From Gammaproteobacteria bacterium (GTDB lineage: Bacteria; Pseudomonadota; Gammaproteobacteria; JACCXJ01): a stretch of 64,000 nt of DNA. The stretch lies in assembly GCA_050740455.1 (NCBI GenBank), contig JBOIDF010000002.1, positions 35,642 through 99,641 on the forward strand, written 5' to 3'. A program made the position numbers and the translations under genes. Shown piece after piece: positions 10,743 to 21,791 of the stretch. Numbering within the stretch: position 1 is the stretch's first letter; each line of letters starts with the position of its first letter. Below the pieces are notes generated by a model. The model was not told where the DNA came from. It worked only from the letters and a program-made list of their open reading frames with translations, and made no database searches.

Positions 10743-11810
10743 GTGAAAGACGTCGCTAGCTTCCGTATTCACTATACACAGTTTCTGGATCCTGCCGGCG
10801 CCCCCGCTGGATCTTTACCTGATTTCGCCCGCGAACCCGCCGTGCTCATCGATCTCTATCGCGGCATGGTGGCCGCGCGTCAGTTCGATAAAAAGGCGAT
10901 CGCGATGCAACGCACCGGGCAACTCGGCACCTATGCCTCGTGCCTAGGGCAGGAGGCGATCGGCGCAGGTGTCGGACATGCCATGCAACCCGAAGATGTG
11001 TTGTTGCCCTCCTACCGGGATCAGGCCGCGCAATTTCCGCGCGGCGTGCGCATGGCTGATATCCTGCTCTATTGGGGCGGCGATGAGCGCGGCATGGACT
11101 ATGCCCGCTGCCGGGAAGATTTTCCTATCTGCGTCCCGGTGGCGAGTCAATGCTGCCATGCGGTAGGCGTGGCCTATGCGTTCAAATATCGCGACGAGGC
11201 GCGCGCGGCCGTGTGCATCGTCGGCGACGGCGGGACCTCCAAGGGGGATTTCTACGAGGCTCTCAACGCCGCGGGGATTTGGCGCTTGCCGGTGGTGTTC
11301 GTGATCAACAATAACCAATGGGCCATCTCTGTCCCGCGCGCCGCGCAAACCGCGGCCGAGACCCTCGCGCAGAAGGCGATCGCGGGGGGGGTTGCGGGCG
11401 AGCAGGTCGATGGGAACGACGTGATCGCCGTGCGTTATGCCGTCGATCGGGCGCTGGAAAAGGCTCGCCGCGGGAACGGGCCCAGTCTCATCGAAGCGTT
11501 GAGCTATCGTATGGGCGACCATACGACCGCGGACAATGCCAGCCGCTACCGCTTGGCCGAGGAGGTCGAGCGCTACGGGCGGGCCGATCCGATCGCTCGT
11601 CTGCGCGCCTATCTCCTGCGCGCCGGCCACTGGCGGGAGGAAGACGACGCGCGGCTCGAACGGAGCGTCGCGGCCGAGGTAGAGCAAGCGGTGCGCGATT
11701 ACACCGCGATGCCTGTACCGAGCCCGGAGACCATGTTCGCGCATCTCTACGCGGCCTTGCCGCGCGCCTATCGCGTGCAGCGGGAGACGGCCGGTTGCGC
11801 CGGTAAATAG
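10743..11810 (+). CDS. Thiamine-diphosphate-dependent 2-oxoacid dehydrogenase E1 component alpha subunit
   Basis: 355 aa. TPP-binding motif (GDGGTSKGDFYEALNAAGIWRLPVVFVINNNQWAIS). GTG start with RBS GAGGAGG. Confidence 0.85.
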   Translation: MKDVASFRIHYTQFLDPAGAPAGSLPDFAREPAVLIDLYRGMVAARQFDKKAIAMQRTGQLGTYASCLGQEAIGAGVGHAMQPEDVLLPSYRDQAAQFPRGVRMADILLYWGGDERGMDYARCREDFPICVPVASQCCHAVGVAYAFKYRDEARAAVCIVGDGGTSKGDFYEALNAAGIWRLPVVFVINNNQWAISVPRAAQTAAETLAQKAIAGGVAGEQVDGNDVIAVRYAVDRALEKARRGNGPSLIEALSYRMGDHTTADNASRYRLAEEVERYGRADPIARLRAYLLRAGHWREEDDARLERSVAAEVEQAVRDYTAMPVPSPETMFAHLYAALPRAYRVQRETAGCAGK

Positions 11811-11816
11811 TGCGCC

Positions 11817-12797
11817 ATGCCCGAGCTAACACTCGTTGAAGCAGTCAATCTGGCGCTCGCCTATGAGCTGCAAGCGGACCCGAATGTCGTCGTCTTGGGC
11901 GAAGATGTCGGCGTCAACGGGGGCGTGTTCCGCGCCACGCTCGGTTTGCAAGAGCGTTTCGGCAAGGTGCGGGTGGTGGATACCCCGTTGTCGGAGGCTC
12001 TGATCGCGGGCATGGCGATCGGCATGGCGGCGCAGGGTCTCAGACCCGTCGCCGAAATCCAATTCTCGGGGTTTATTTACCCCTGTCTCGACCAGATCCT
12101 GAACCATGCCACGCGCTTGCGCACCCGCACCCGCGGGCGCCTAAGCTGCCCGTTGGTCCTGCGCGCACCGAACGGCGGCGGGATCCACGCCCCGGAGCAC
12201 CATTCCGAGAGCGTGGAAGCCCTGTTCGCGCCTATCCCGGGCCTGCGCGTCGTCGTGCCTTCCTCGCCGGCGCGCGCCTACGGGCTGCTGCTCGCCGCGA
12301 TCCGCGATCCGGACCCGGTGATCTTTCTCGAACCCCCGCGCCTGTATCGCCTGTACCGCCAAGAGGTGGTGGACGACGGTGCGGCCTTGCCGTTCGACGT
12401 GTGTTATCTATTGCGCGAGGGCACGGACATCACGCTGGTGTCCTGGGGCGCGCTCATCCAGGAGACGCTGCAGGCCGCCGAGGCCCTCGCCCAGGAAGGC
12501 GTCGCGGCCGAAGTGATCGATGTCGCGACCTTGAAACCGCTCGACATCGCAACCATCCTCGAATCGGTCGCCAAGACCGGGCGTTGCGTCATCGTGCAGG
12601 AAGCGGCGCGCACCTGCGGGGTGGGCGCGGAGATCGCCGCGCAACTCGCCGAACGGGGATTGTTGTCCTTGCAGGCGCCGATCGAACGGGTGGCCGGCTA
12701 CGACTGCATCATGCCGCTTTACCGGCTGGAGTCCCATTACCTGCCGGATACCGAGCGCATCTTACAAGCCGCGCGCCGGAGCTTAGCGTTTGCTTAA
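11817..12797 (+). CDS. 2-oxoacid dehydrogenase E1 component beta subunit (transketolase-like)
   Basis: 326 aa. E1-beta N-terminus (LTLVEAVNLALAYELQADPNVVVLGEDVG...VVDTPLSEALIAGMAIGMAAQGLRPVAEIQF). Confidence 0.85.
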   Translation: MPELTLVEAVNLALAYELQADPNVVVLGEDVGVNGGVFRATLGLQERFGKVRVVDTPLSEALIAGMAIGMAAQGLRPVAEIQFSGFIYPCLDQILNHATRLRTRTRGRLSCPLVLRAPNGGGIHAPEHHSESVEALFAPIPGLRVVVPSSPARAYGLLLAAIRDPDPVIFLEPPRLYRLYRQEVVDDGAALPFDVCYLLREGTDITLVSWGALIQETLQAAEALAQEGVAAEVIDVATLKPLDIATILESVAKTGRCVIVQEAARTCGVGAEIAAQLAERGLLSLQAPIERVAGYDCIMPLYRLESHYLPDTERILQAARRSLAFA

Positions 12798-12945
12798 AAA
12801 AGCGGGCCTTGGCCTCTACTACCAGGAATAGACTTTTAGACTTGTAATAAGACCCGCGAATGCCGGACAATCGGATCTTCGAGCGACAGCCCGGTTTCGT
12901 CCGGGCTTTGCTTTTTACGTAAGTGAGTTGGGGAAAAGATACCGG

Positions 12946-14112
12946 ATGGAAAAACCGCTCATGCCGAGCTATCGGCGCCTGAGTGTCGCGTTCGTGCGCG
13001 GTCAAGGAGCATGGCTTTGGGATGACCAGGAGCGCCGCTATTTGGACGCCGTGAGCGGGATCGCGGTCTGCGGGCTTGGCCATGCCCACCCGGCCGTCGC
13101 GCAGGCCGTGGCCGAGCAGTCGGCGGCGCTCCTGCATACCTCGAACCTGTACCGCGTGCCCCTGCAGGAGAGCCTCGGCGCGCGCCTGACGCAATTATCG
13201 GGGATGGATAACGCGTTTTTTTGTAACTCCGGCGCGGAAGCCAACGAAGCGGCCATCAAGATCGCGCGGCTCTTCGGGCACGAGCGGGGGATCGACCTGC
13301 CCGCGGTCGTGGTCATGGAAGGCGCGTTTCACGGGCGGACCTTGGCGACCCTCAGCGCCACCGCCAATCGCAAAGTGCAGCGCGGATTCGAACCCCTGGT
13401 GCAAGGGTTCGTGCGCGTGCCTTATGACGATCCCGAGGCGCTCGGGCAGGCCGCATCCCAGCGCCGCAATATCGTCGCCGTGCTGCTGGAACCCCTCCAG
13501 GGCGAAGCCGGCGTCCTGGTGCCGGCTCCCGGGTATTTGACCGAGGTGCGCCGGCTTTGCGACCGGCACGGCTGGCTGATGATGCTCGACGAGGTACAGA
13601 CCGGTCTCGGGCGCACCGGGGCATGGTTTGCGTATCAGCACGAAGGTATCACCCCGGATGTGCTGACGCTCGCCAAGAGCTTGGGCAACGGCGTGCCGAT
13701 CGGCGCCTGCCTGGCGCGCGGTCAGGCCGCGGAGTCGATCCAACCGGGGATGCACGCCGCGACCTTTGGCGGCAATCCGCTCGCCTGCCGGGCGGCGCTC
13801 GCGGTTCTTGCCACGCTGGAGCAAGCCGGCCTCGTTAAGCGCGCGGCGCAGCTTGGGCAGCGCATCCTGGATGGCTTACGAGATGTCCTTCACGGTTGTG
13901 GCCACATTAAGGATATTCGCGGGAAGGGACTCATGATCGGCATCGAGCTGACACGGCCATGCGGCGAGTTGGTGGACCGAGCCTTAAACGAAGGGTTGCT
14001 GATCAATGTCACGGCCGATACGGTGGTGCGCCTCCTGCCGCCCCTCGTGATGAGCGACCTGGAGGCAGCCGAGCTCGTGCACAAGCTCGGCACATTGATT
14101 AAGGGATTCTAG
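12946..14112 (+). CDS. argD: Acetylornithine aminotransferase
   Basis: Class III aminotransferase (RGQGAWLWDDQERRYLD...GLGH, PLP lysine region LTLAKSLGNG). Start chosen at MEKPLMPSY. Confidence 0.85.
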   Translation: MEKPLMPSYRRLSVAFVRGQGAWLWDDQERRYLDAVSGIAVCGLGHAHPAVAQAVAEQSAALLHTSNLYRVPLQESLGARLTQLSGMDNAFFCNSGAEANEAAIKIARLFGHERGIDLPAVVVMEGAFHGRTLATLSATANRKVQRGFEPLVQGFVRVPYDDPEALGQAASQRRNIVAVLLEPLQGEAGVLVPAPGYLTEVRRLCDRHGWLMMLDEVQTGLGRTGAWFAYQHEGITPDVLTLAKSLGNGVPIGACLARGQAAESIQPGMHAATFGGNPLACRAALAVLATLEQAGLVKRAAQLGQRILDGLRDVLHGCGHIKDIRGKGLMIGIELTRPCGELVDRALNEGLLINVTADTVVRLLPPLVMSDLEAAELVHKLGTLIKGF

Positions 14113-14121
14113 CAGCTAGGC

Positions 14122-15033
14122 GTGAGTGTGCGCAGGCCACGGCATTTCTTAAGCTTGGCGGACCTCACGCCGGCCGAGCTCTCGCGCCTCATCGAACGCG
14201 GCATCGAATTGAAAGCGATGCGCCGCGCGCGGGAGACCCATGAACCGCTCAAGAGCCGCGTGCTCGCGATGGTTTACGAGAAGTCCTCGACGCGCACACG
14301 TGTCTCCTTCGAGACCGCCATGATCCAGCTCGGGGGCGCGGCCATCTTTTTAGCCGCGCAGGACACGCAACTCGGGCGCGGGGAGCCGGTCGAGGACATG
14401 GCGCGGGTGTTATCGCGGATGGTGGACGCGATCATGGTCCGGACCTTCGATCACGATAAACTCCTGCGCTTGGCGGCGTATTCGGAAGTGCCGGTGATTA
14501 ACGGTTTGACCGATCGCCATCATCCCTGCCAACTGTTGGCGGATATCCAAACCTTCGTCGAGCACCGCGGTTGCATTGCAGGTAGAACCGTCGCCTGGAT
14601 CGGCGACGGCAACAATATGTGCCACAGCTATATCGAGGCTGCCGGGCTGTATGGATTTACGCTCCGGATCGCTTGTCCGCCCGGCTACTGGCCGCGGGAA
14701 GAAATTGGGGACGCGATAGCGAGCGTAGTGCGCCGCTGCGATCGGCCGCAAGAGGCGGTTCGCGGCGCGGATCTGGTGGTCACCGATGTCTGGGCCAGCA
14801 TGGGTCAAGAACAAGAAAGCCACGCGCGGCGCGAGGTTTTTAGGCGCTTTCAGGTGGATGAGAATTTGCTGTCGCTCGCAAAACCGGACGCCCTTTTCAT
14901 GCACTGCCTGCCCGCGCACCGCGGCGAGGAAGTCAGCGCCGGAGTGATCGATGGCCCGCGCAGCGTGGTCTGGGATGAGGCCGAGAACCGTTTGCACGCG
15001 CAGAAGGCGTTGCTCGAATTTTTGCTGGACTAG
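14122..15033 (+). CDS. argF: Ornithine carbamoyltransferase
   Basis: STRTR carbamoyl-phosphate motif and HCLP motif ([13 protein letters not shown]). 303 aa. Confidence 0.9.
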   Translation: MSVRRPRHFLSLADLTPAELSRLIERGIELKAMRRARETHEPLKSRVLAMVYEKSSTRTRVSFETAMIQLGGAAIFLAAQDTQLGRGEPVEDMARVLSRMVDAIMVRTFDHDKLLRLAAYSEVPVINGLTDRHHPCQLLADIQTFVEHRGCIAGRTVAWIGDGNNMCHSYIEAAGLYGFTLRIACPPGYWPREEIGDAIASVVRRCDRPQEAVRGADLVVTDVWASMGQEQESHARREVFRRFQVDENLLSLAKPDALFMHCLPAHRGEEVSAGVIDGPRSVVWDEAENRLHAQKALLEFLLD

Positions 15034-15084
15034 CGCATCCCGCGCCGAGTCAACCCGCGGTCGGCTTGAGGATCTAAAAACCCG

Positions 15085-15846
15085 GTGTTGTTCTTATTAA
15101 GCAACGATGACGGCTATCAGGCGCCGGGGATCGCTTGCCTTGCCCAAGCGCTTACGGCGCTCGGAGAGGTAATCGTGGTTGCGCCGGATCGCAATCGCAG
15201 CGGCGCAAGTAACTCCTTGACTCTCGAAAAACCGCTTCGGGCCGGGCGCGCCGAGAACGGTTTCATCTATGTTGACGGCACCCCTACGGATTGCGTGCAC
15301 CTTGCCATCACCGGCTTGCTCGAGCGCGTACCCGACATGGTGTTAGGCGGGATCAACGCCGGGGCCAATCTCGGAGATGATGTACTCTATTCCGGCACCG
15401 TCGCCGTGGCGATCGAGGGGCGTTTCCTCGGGTCGCCGGCGATGGCGGTTTCCCTGGCCTCTAGCCAAGCGGTGCATTACGAAACCGCCGCCCGGATGGC
15501 GAGCTTACTGGTCAAAGAGATCGGGCACCGGCCCTTGCCGGCGGATACGATCTTGAACATCAATGTCCCGGACCGTCCGTGGAACGAGCTTCGGGGATTG
15601 GCGGCCACCCGTCTTGGCCGACGGCATAAATCGGAACCGATGGTGCAGGCGCTGGACCCGCGTGGGCGGCCGATTTATTGGGTGGGACCGCCCGGTCCGG
15701 AGGAGGATGCGGGGGTGGGAACCGATTTTCATGCCGTCAGGAGCGGGTCTGTATCGATTACCCCGCTGCAAGTCGATATGACCCATTACCGGGCCTTGGA
15801 TACGGTGTCGCGATGGCTCGAGGCCTTGCGCGTGCATGAAGGCTGA
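15085..15846 (+). CDS. surE: 5'/3'-nucleotidase SurE
   Basis: N-terminus [13 protein letters not shown] is the SurE signature. Sits in the surE-pcm-nlpD-rpoS context. Confidence 0.9.
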   Translation: MLFLLSNDDGYQAPGIACLAQALTALGEVIVVAPDRNRSGASNSLTLEKPLRAGRAENGFIYVDGTPTDCVHLAITGLLERVPDMVLGGINAGANLGDDVLYSGTVAVAIEGRFLGSPAMAVSLASSQAVHYETAARMASLLVKEIGHRPLPADTILNINVPDRPWNELRGLAATRLGRRHKSEPMVQALDPRGRPIYWVGPPGPEEDAGVGTDFHAVRSGSVSITPLQVDMTHYRALDTVSRWLEALRVHEG

Positions 15847-16495
15847 TCACCGCGGCATCGGTTTAACCTCCCAGCGCGCCCGCGATCGCTTGACACAAGA
15901 GCTGCGGGAGATGGGGATCGGATCACGCGAAGTGCTGGACGCCATGCGCACGGTACCGCGGCATCTTTTTGTCGACGAGGCGCTCGCAGGCCGCGCGTAC
16001 GAGAATACGGCCTTGCCCATCGGTCACAGTCAGACCATTTCGCAACCCTACATCGTGGCGCGTATGACCGAGGCCTTGTTTGTGAGCGGCGCGATGGATA
16101 AGGTTTTGGAAATCGGGGCCGGCACCGGGTACCAGTCCGCGGTCCTGGCTCAATTCGCCAAATCGGTTCATAGCATCGAGCGCATCGGCGCGCTGGCGGC
16201 GCGGTTGCGGGAGCGTTTGGCGGCTTTGCATTATCGTACCGTCCGCGTCAAACACGGAGACGGCCGTACCGGCTGGCTGGATCACGCGCCCTATGATGCC
16301 ATCCTGATCGCCGCCGCCGTCGACAGCGTCCCCCCGACGCTACTGGAGCAGCTTGCCATCGGCGGCCGCATCGTCGCGCCGGTGGGCGAGAGCGGCTCGC
16401 AGTGGCTGGTTTTGGTGACGCGCTATCCCGAACACTTCGAGGAAAAGCCCCTCGAGGAGGTGCGGTTCGTGCCGCTCATCGCAGGACTGGGCTAG
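15836..16495 (+). CDS. pcm: Protein-L-isoaspartate O-methyltransferase
   Basis: [13 protein letters not shown] and [16 protein letters not shown] motifs. Overlaps surE by 11 bp, as is typical. Confidence 0.9.
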   Translation: MKADHRGIGLTSQRARDRLTQELREMGIGSREVLDAMRTVPRHLFVDEALAGRAYENTALPIGHSQTISQPYIVARMTEALFVSGAMDKVLEIGAGTGYQSAVLAQFAKSVHSIERIGALAARLRERLAALHYRTVRVKHGDGRTGWLDHAPYDAILIAAAVDSVPPTLLEQLAIGGRIVAPVGESGSQWLVLVTRYPEHFEEKPLEEVRFVPLIAGLG

Positions 16496-16502
16496 GACGA
16501 CG

Positions 16503-17285
16503 ATGCCCGTGCGGCTGGATGCGCAACTCATAGCGATCCTGGTGGCTGTGAGCCAGCTCGCCGGCTGCGGAACGACGGCGAAGGCCCCGGTCGTGAGTGC
16601 CCAGACGGGCGCCGATCACATGGCGCGCGCGCGCGCGAACAACGCCGGCGTTGGAGCGCGCCAGCACGTGGTGGCGCCCGGAGACACCCTCCATGCGATT
16701 GCGTGGCGTTACCGGCTCGATTACCGGGAGATTGCCCGCTGGAACCGGATCAAAGCCCCATTCATCATCTACCCCGGCCAGCGTTTAGCTTTGCATCAGA
16801 CGCAAGGTTCGGGAACCGCTCCCAGGCCAGCGCCGAGGCCCGAGGTCCGGGCGAGCGCGCCTCGGGCCGAAATAAGCTCCCCGACCCGCGGGCAGGCGCC
16901 GCCGCCCCCCGGATCGATTCAATGGCAATGGCCGGCGCGGGGCAAGCCGTTGCCGGCCAATACCGCGTCGAGCCGGCAAGGACTGGATCTCTTAGGGCAA
17001 CCTGGACAGCCCATTTGGGCGGCGGCCGCGGGTGAAGTGGTCTATAGCGGCGATGGACTTGTCGGCTACGGAAAGCTTATCATCATACGGCACGATGACG
17101 TGTATCTCAGCGCCTATGCTCACAACCGCCGTCTATTGGTCCAGGAAGGTCATCGGGTCGCCCGCGGACAGCAAATCGCGGAGATGGGGAATAGCGGAAG
17201 CAGGCAGGTCAAGCTGTATTTCGAGATCAGGCGCAACGGGCGGCCCGTACCGCCCTTGCGCTACCTACCGAAGGCACCGATCTAG
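16503..17285 (+). CDS. nlpD: Lipoprotein NlpD, LysM plus M23 peptidase domains
   Basis: Lipobox LAGC. LysM region ([16 protein letters not shown]...IARWNRI) and C-terminal M23 ([21 protein letters not shown]). Confidence 0.85.
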   Translation: MPVRLDAQLIAILVAVSQLAGCGTTAKAPVVSAQTGADHMARARANNAGVGARQHVVAPGDTLHAIAWRYRLDYREIARWNRIKAPFIIYPGQRLALHQTQGSGTAPRPAPRPEVRASAPRAEISSPTRGQAPPPPGSIQWQWPARGKPLPANTASSRQGLDLLGQPGQPIWAAAAGEVVYSGDGLVGYGKLIIIRHDDVYLSAYAHNRRLLVQEGHRVARGQQIAEMGNSGSRQVKLYFEIRRNGRPVPPLRYLPKAPI

Positions 17286-17344
17286 CGATTGTTCAGGGCT
17301 ACGCGGGCCGGCGGGCACGGGGACTTTTTTTAAGCCGTAGCGCT

Positions 17345-18325
17345 ATGGGCAAGATCACCCATCTCGACACTGACTCGGGCGAGGCGGAGGTGGATATGCT
17401 CGCCGAAGACGGCGAGGAGAGGATCGAGGACAAGCAGACGGCCAGCTTGGGTGTAGCGGCAGGACATCCCGCCGAGATCTCGGAAGCCGAGATCGACGCT
17501 ACCCGCTTGTATTTATGCGAGATTGGATACTCGCCGCTGCTGACGGCCGAGGAAGAGGTCCGGCTCGCGCGCGCCGCGCGCCAAGGCGACAAGGGCAGCC
17601 GCAAGCGCATGATCGAGAGTAATCTGCGCTTGGTGGTCAAGATCGCGCGCCGATATTTAAATCGCGGCTTGGCCTTGCTGGACCTCATCGAGGAAGGCAA
17701 TCTCGGTTTAATGCGCGCGGTAGAGAAGTTCGATCCGGAAAAAGGGTTTCGCTTCTCAACCTATGCCACCTGGTGGATCCGGCAGACCATAGAACGCGCC
17801 TTGATGAATCAGACACGGACCATCCGCCTCCCGATCCACGTGGTCAAGGAAATCAACCTGTATATGCGCGCGGTCCGGCAGTTGGCCCAGAGCTTGGATC
17901 GCGAGCCGACCGTCGAAGACGTCGCGCAGCTCCTGGATCGGCCGATTGCGGTCGTGCAAGAGGTCGCCGGTTTAATCGAGCGCGTCAGCTCGGCGGATGC
18001 ACCGGCGGAGCGCGATTCCTCGCGGACGCTGATCGAGACCATCCCGGATGAACACAATATCGACCCCTCCTTGTTGCTGCAAGACAGCGATATGCACCGG
18101 CATCTCGAGGTGTGGCTCTCGCACTTGAATGAAAAGCAGCGCGCCGTGGTGGAGCGCCGCTTCGGCCTCGGGGGAAGGGAGATCGCCACCTTGGAGCAGG
18201 TAGGTTACGAGATCGGCGTAACCCGGGAGCGGGTGCGCCAGATCCAATTAGAGGCCTTGCGAAAATTGCGTCACGTGCTGGAGGGCGATGGCTACTCGGT
18301 GGATACGCTTTCCCTCGGGCCATGA
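17345..18325 (+). CDS. rpoS: RNA polymerase sigma factor RpoS (sigma-38)
   Basis: Regions 2-4 are conserved ([52 protein letters not shown]). Sits immediately downstream of nlpD. Confidence 0.9.
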   Translation: MGKITHLDTDSGEAEVDMLAEDGEERIEDKQTASLGVAAGHPAEISEAEIDATRLYLCEIGYSPLLTAEEEVRLARAARQGDKGSRKRMIESNLRLVVKIARRYLNRGLALLDLIEEGNLGLMRAVEKFDPEKGFRFSTYATWWIRQTIERALMNQTRTIRLPIHVVKEINLYMRAVRQLAQSLDREPTVEDVAQLLDRPIAVVQEVAGLIERVSSADAPAERDSSRTLIETIPDEHNIDPSLLLQDSDMHRHLEVWLSHLNEKQRAVVERRFGLGGREIATLEQVGYEIGVTRERVRQIQLEALRKLRHVLEGDGYSVDTLSLGP

Positions 18326-18335
18326 GGCGCCCGGC

Positions 18336-19043
18336 TCAAGCTTCCGCCGCGGCCGCGTAACGCAAGACCAACCGGAACGGAAACAGGCGTTCCACGGTCC
18401 ACCCCGGGGGCGCAATCTCGGCCAGCTCTCGACGCGTATAGCTGCGCTTGATCGAGATTAAGCCATCGTGCCGGATATAGGAATCGCGAAAAGCGATGGC
18501 GCTCAGGAACGCAAAACCGAGATAGGCGAGATCGCTGCGTCGCAAGTCAACAAACAAGACTTCCCGGGCGCAAAGCGCGACCGCGCTTGCGAGCATTGCC
18601 GGCAACGCGGCGGTATCGAGGTGGTGTACTAAGTGATTCGAGAACACGAAATCATAGCGTTCCTGCTCTGCGCGGAGCTCGCTCACGTCGGCCACCCGGA
18701 ATGTGACGCCCTCGGGCCAATCGAGGGTTTGCACGTATCGGTACGCGCGCGCGTCGATGTCGATGCCCGTGATCGTGAGCCGCAAGCCATCGGCACAGGC
18801 CCAGCGGTGGAGGGCGCGGGCGATGTCACCGCCGCCGAAACCGATATCGAGTAGGCTGTAGCTGTGCTCGCGGATACGCATCGCCGGCCGGATCCAGCGC
18901 TTATATACGGAACGAATTCTGGATAGGGCGGCGTTGACCGCCTTAAACTGCCGATAGGTGCGGTAGAGCCGCTCACGATCGCACCGGGGATCGTCCATAA
19001 TCTCGGTGGTCCGCGTGTCCCGCTGCGAGAGCAAGCACGGCAT
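18336..19043 (-). CDS. Class I SAM-dependent methyltransferase
   Basis: Motif I LLDIGFGGGDI and a downstream acidic-loop region. Start taken at the internal Met (MPCLLSQ) to avoid overlap with the TPR gene. Confidence 0.55.
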   Translation of the reverse strand: MPCLLSQRDTRTTEIMDDPRCDRERLYRTYRQFKAVNAALSRIRSVYKRWIRPAMRIREHSYSLLDIGFGGGDIARALHRWACADGLRLTITGIDIDARAYRYVQTLDWPEGVTFRVADVSELRAEQERYDFVFSNHLVHHLDTAALPAMLASAVALCAREVLFVDLRRSDLAYLGFAFLSAIAFRDSYIRHDGLISIKRSYTRRELAEIAPPGWTVERLFPFRLVLRYAAAAEA

Positions 19044-19068
19044 GGTGGGTACAAGCAGCGCGCGACAA

Positions 19069-19734
19069 TCAGGATCCCGCGGCTTGCTTCTTCGGCACTT
19101 TCGCTTTGACCGGCTTGTCCCCGGTGTTAGACTCGCGCGCAATCTTGGCGATCCCGCGAATGCTCGCGGTTTTATAACCTAAGGTCTCGGCCTTGGCGAG
19201 GTTCTTCGCGCCCTCGGCATCGGCGCCCAAGGCATAGTGCATGACCGATAAATTAAAGTACGGGAGCGGGGATTCGGGGTCCAACTGCGTTGCTGCCTTT
19301 AGCAAGGATTCCGCCTTGTCGGAGTCTTGCAGCCACATCGCCGATACGCCCATGTTATTCAAGGCCATGACCTCCACATTGGAAGTGTAGAACCACTGGC
19401 TAAACCAGATTAAATGCCTGAGCTTCGGCCGCTTCCGGACCGTTTCCAAGAATCGCTCGAAGTGGGCCAAGGCTTCGGAATGCTTCCCTTTGAGCTGCAG
19501 CCGTTGGCCTTGGAAGTAGTCCTTCCAATAAAATTGCTGCACGCGGCCGGGAATCAAAAGGATGACCGCGATCGCGATGAATACGTAGATCTCAACATAC
19601 TTCGTGGCCCCGTTGATCTGAATGAAGGTATATCCGGTCCCGACCAGCACCCCGGTAACAACAAACAGCGCAAGGGCATATAAGATTCTATTTCTTGTGG
19701 TGCGATTGGTTGGCACCAGTGTTGGCAACTGCAT
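19069..19734 (-). CDS. Membrane-anchored TPR-repeat protein
   Basis: Start ATG at 19734 with RBS AGAGGAAAG. Two N-terminal TM helices followed by TPR-like repeats (ALAHFERFLE..., AESLLKAATQLDPESPLPYFNLSVMHYALGA). Confidence 0.5.
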   Translation of the reverse strand: MQLPTLVPTNRTTRNRILYALALFVVTGVLVGTGYTFIQINGATKYVEIYVFIAIAVILLIPGRVQQFYWKDYFQGQRLQLKGKHSEALAHFERFLETVRKRPKLRHLIWFSQWFYTSNVEVMALNNMGVSAMWLQDSDKAESLLKAATQLDPESPLPYFNLSVMHYALGADAEGAKNLAKAETLGYKTASIRGIAKIARESNTGDKPVKAKVPKKQAAGS

Positions 19735-20127
19735 GGACTTTCCTCTATGAATCACCGAGTCACGGCGCATCAAGTATAAATCCCGTGAAGCGCCCATTAC
19801 CATAGGTTGTTCATCCCTAGACATCAACGTTCGGACCCGGCGGCGCGCCCGGCGCGCTTAACGCCGGAAAACATTGGCCTATGCACGTGCACGCGTTGGA
19901 GATTAAACCGCTGCCGGCTGGAAGATACGCGGACGGTCTTTTGGTTTAGCGCGCCACTCAATATACTGCGCATACCTTTCGCATTTGGGTCTTGAGGCGA
20001 GCGGTGTGTGGTGGGCGATCAACGTGACGGCCGGCCGGAAGGCAGCGCTCAAGGGTTGGGCGGCATGGCGGGGGCGGGGCCGTTGGACGGAGATCGACCC
20101 GTGACCCATAATGGGCGTGAAGTGAAA

Positions 20128-20985
20128 ATGACACAGCAGCAAGCCGCGGCCGGCGCGTCGATCGGCGATGACGAAAAAATAATTTGGCAAGACACGATCC
20201 TGTTCATTGTCCTGCACCTGTTGGCGGCCTACACCATCGCCTTCCATTTCGAGTGGCAATGGTTGGCCTTGGCCGTCGCCTCCTATTATGTGCGCATGTT
20301 TGCATTGAGTGCCGGCTTTCATCGCTATTTTTCGCATCGCTCCTACAAGACCAGCCGCGCATTTGCTTTTTTCTTGGCGTTCCTGGGCGAATGCTCGCTG
20401 CAGAAGGGAGTCCTTTGGTGGGCCAGCCATCACCGCCATCACCATCGCTACTCCGATGAGCCTCAGGATGTCCATTCCCCGGTGCGCAAGGGGTTTTGGT
20501 GGTCGCATATGGGATGGATCCTTTGCCACAAATACAAGTATACCAGGCGCGACCTGATCAAGGACTTCACGCTGTGCCCGGAGCTCGCCTGGCTCAATGA
20601 GAATACCTGGTTACCGGTAAACCTTTATATCGCCGCGCTCGTCTACGGGTTCGGATTGGAAGGGTTTTTATGGGGTTTCATCGTCGCCACCGTGTTCTTG
20701 TGGCATGGCACCTTTTCGATCAATTCCTTAGTGCACGTGTGGGGAACGCAACCGTATCGGACCGGGGACAATTCCAGAAATAACCTCCTTGGAGCGATCC
20801 TGACGCTGGGGGACGGATGGCACAACAACCACCATCACTACCCGCTCTCGGTTCGCCACGGTTTCCGCTGGTGGCAGTTCGATCCTTCCTACTACGCATT
20901 GTGCCTGCTCGAGCGGCTGGGGGTGGTCTGGGATCTTAAACGGCCCCATCTCGCCCGTGTGGCAAGCATGTCGGCCCAGCCATAA
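20128..20985 (+). CDS. Acyl-CoA/acyl-lipid fatty acid desaturase (delta-9 type)
   Basis: Three His boxes (HRYFSHRSY, HHRHHHRYSDEPQDVHSP, GWHNNHHHYP) and TM segments. Start taken at the internal MTQQQ. Confidence 0.8.
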   Translation: MTQQQAAAGASIGDDEKIIWQDTILFIVLHLLAAYTIAFHFEWQWLALAVASYYVRMFALSAGFHRYFSHRSYKTSRAFAFFLAFLGECSLQKGVLWWASHHRHHHRYSDEPQDVHSPVRKGFWWSHMGWILCHKYKYTRRDLIKDFTLCPELAWLNENTWLPVNLYIAALVYGFGLEGFLWGFIVATVFLWHGTFSINSLVHVWGTQPYRTGDNSRNNLLGAILTLGDGWHNNHHHYPLSVRHGFRWWQFDPSYYALCLLERLGVVWDLKRPHLARVASMSAQP

Positions 20986-21042
20986 TCCCGCGGCTTTTTG
21001 ACCCCTCGTTCAGGCTGCATACAACGCCGAAACTATTTCCTT

Positions 21043-21672
21043 ATGCAGAATCAAATACGCGATCAGGCCCTGGCGCTTGCCGCTGTGTTCCAAGCCGCGC
21101 TCTTGGTGGATCGCTTGGCGAACACCGGCGCCGTCCCGAACGAGAACCTCAAGGCATTGGTCCGGAGCTTATTCGAGTTTGACCCCCAGAGCACAGAGGA
21201 GGTCTTCGGCGGAGAGCGGGATTACCGCTTTGGATTGAGCCTCGGCATCAACGCACTCAAGGACATCTTCGATCGCAAGCGGCGCGGACCCAAGTACGGC
21301 GACGCCGTCACCTATGTGATCGGGTTGTTGCACCTGGAAAATGTGTTGCGCAATAACAAGAGCATGTTAGATCTGCTCGGAACCCGATTGCGCGCGGTGC
21401 AACAACAGATGCCCGCGGAGGGGTTTACCGAGGATAGCACGCTGGCGGCGATTGCCAGCAGTTACCAAGAGACGCTGAGCACGCTTAAATTCCGAATCCA
21501 GGTGCGCGGCGATGCGCGTTTCCTACGCGATCCGGAGGTCGCCAACAAGGTGCGGGCGGCGTTGTTGGCGGGGGTGCGAGCGGCGCTCTTATGGCATCAA
21601 GTCGGGGGGCGGCGTTGGCAACTGCCGTTCTACCGCAAGCGCATCGTGGAGGCCTTGCGAACGCTGGCGTGA
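21043..21672 (+). CDS. hflD: High-frequency-lysogenization protein HflD homolog
   Basis: About 209 aa. N-terminal MQNQIRDQALALAAVFQAALLVDRLANTG resembles HflD. Start at the internal Met. Confidence 0.65.
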   Translation: MQNQIRDQALALAAVFQAALLVDRLANTGAVPNENLKALVRSLFEFDPQSTEEVFGGERDYRFGLSLGINALKDIFDRKRRGPKYGDAVTYVIGLLHLENVLRNNKSMLDLLGTRLRAVQQQMPAEGFTEDSTLAAIASSYQETLSTLKFRIQVRGDARFLRDPEVANKVRAALLAGVRAALLWHQVGGRRWQLPFYRKRIVEALRTLA

Positions 21673-21791
21673 GATGTAGAAGGCCGCTTTGAAGGACCCG
21701 CTGCTCGATTATACTGCCGCCCCGTCGACAAGCCGCGACTGCGCCTCGCGGTATTTGGCCGCGGTCTTTTTCGATAATATCGGGAGGCATT

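Noticed and set aside
10944-11744. 266-aa antisense ORF within the E1 alpha gene; similar antisense ORFs within argD (13195..13824) and argF (14410..14997)
   Set aside because: Opposite-strand shadows of clearly conserved genes in a roughly 66% GC genome.
17285-17345. Possible rho-independent terminator after nlpD (GC-rich stretch followed by CTTTTTTTAA)
   Set aside because: No convincing stable stem could be drawn by eye. rpoS promoters normally lie inside nlpD, so termination here is not expected. Left uncalled.
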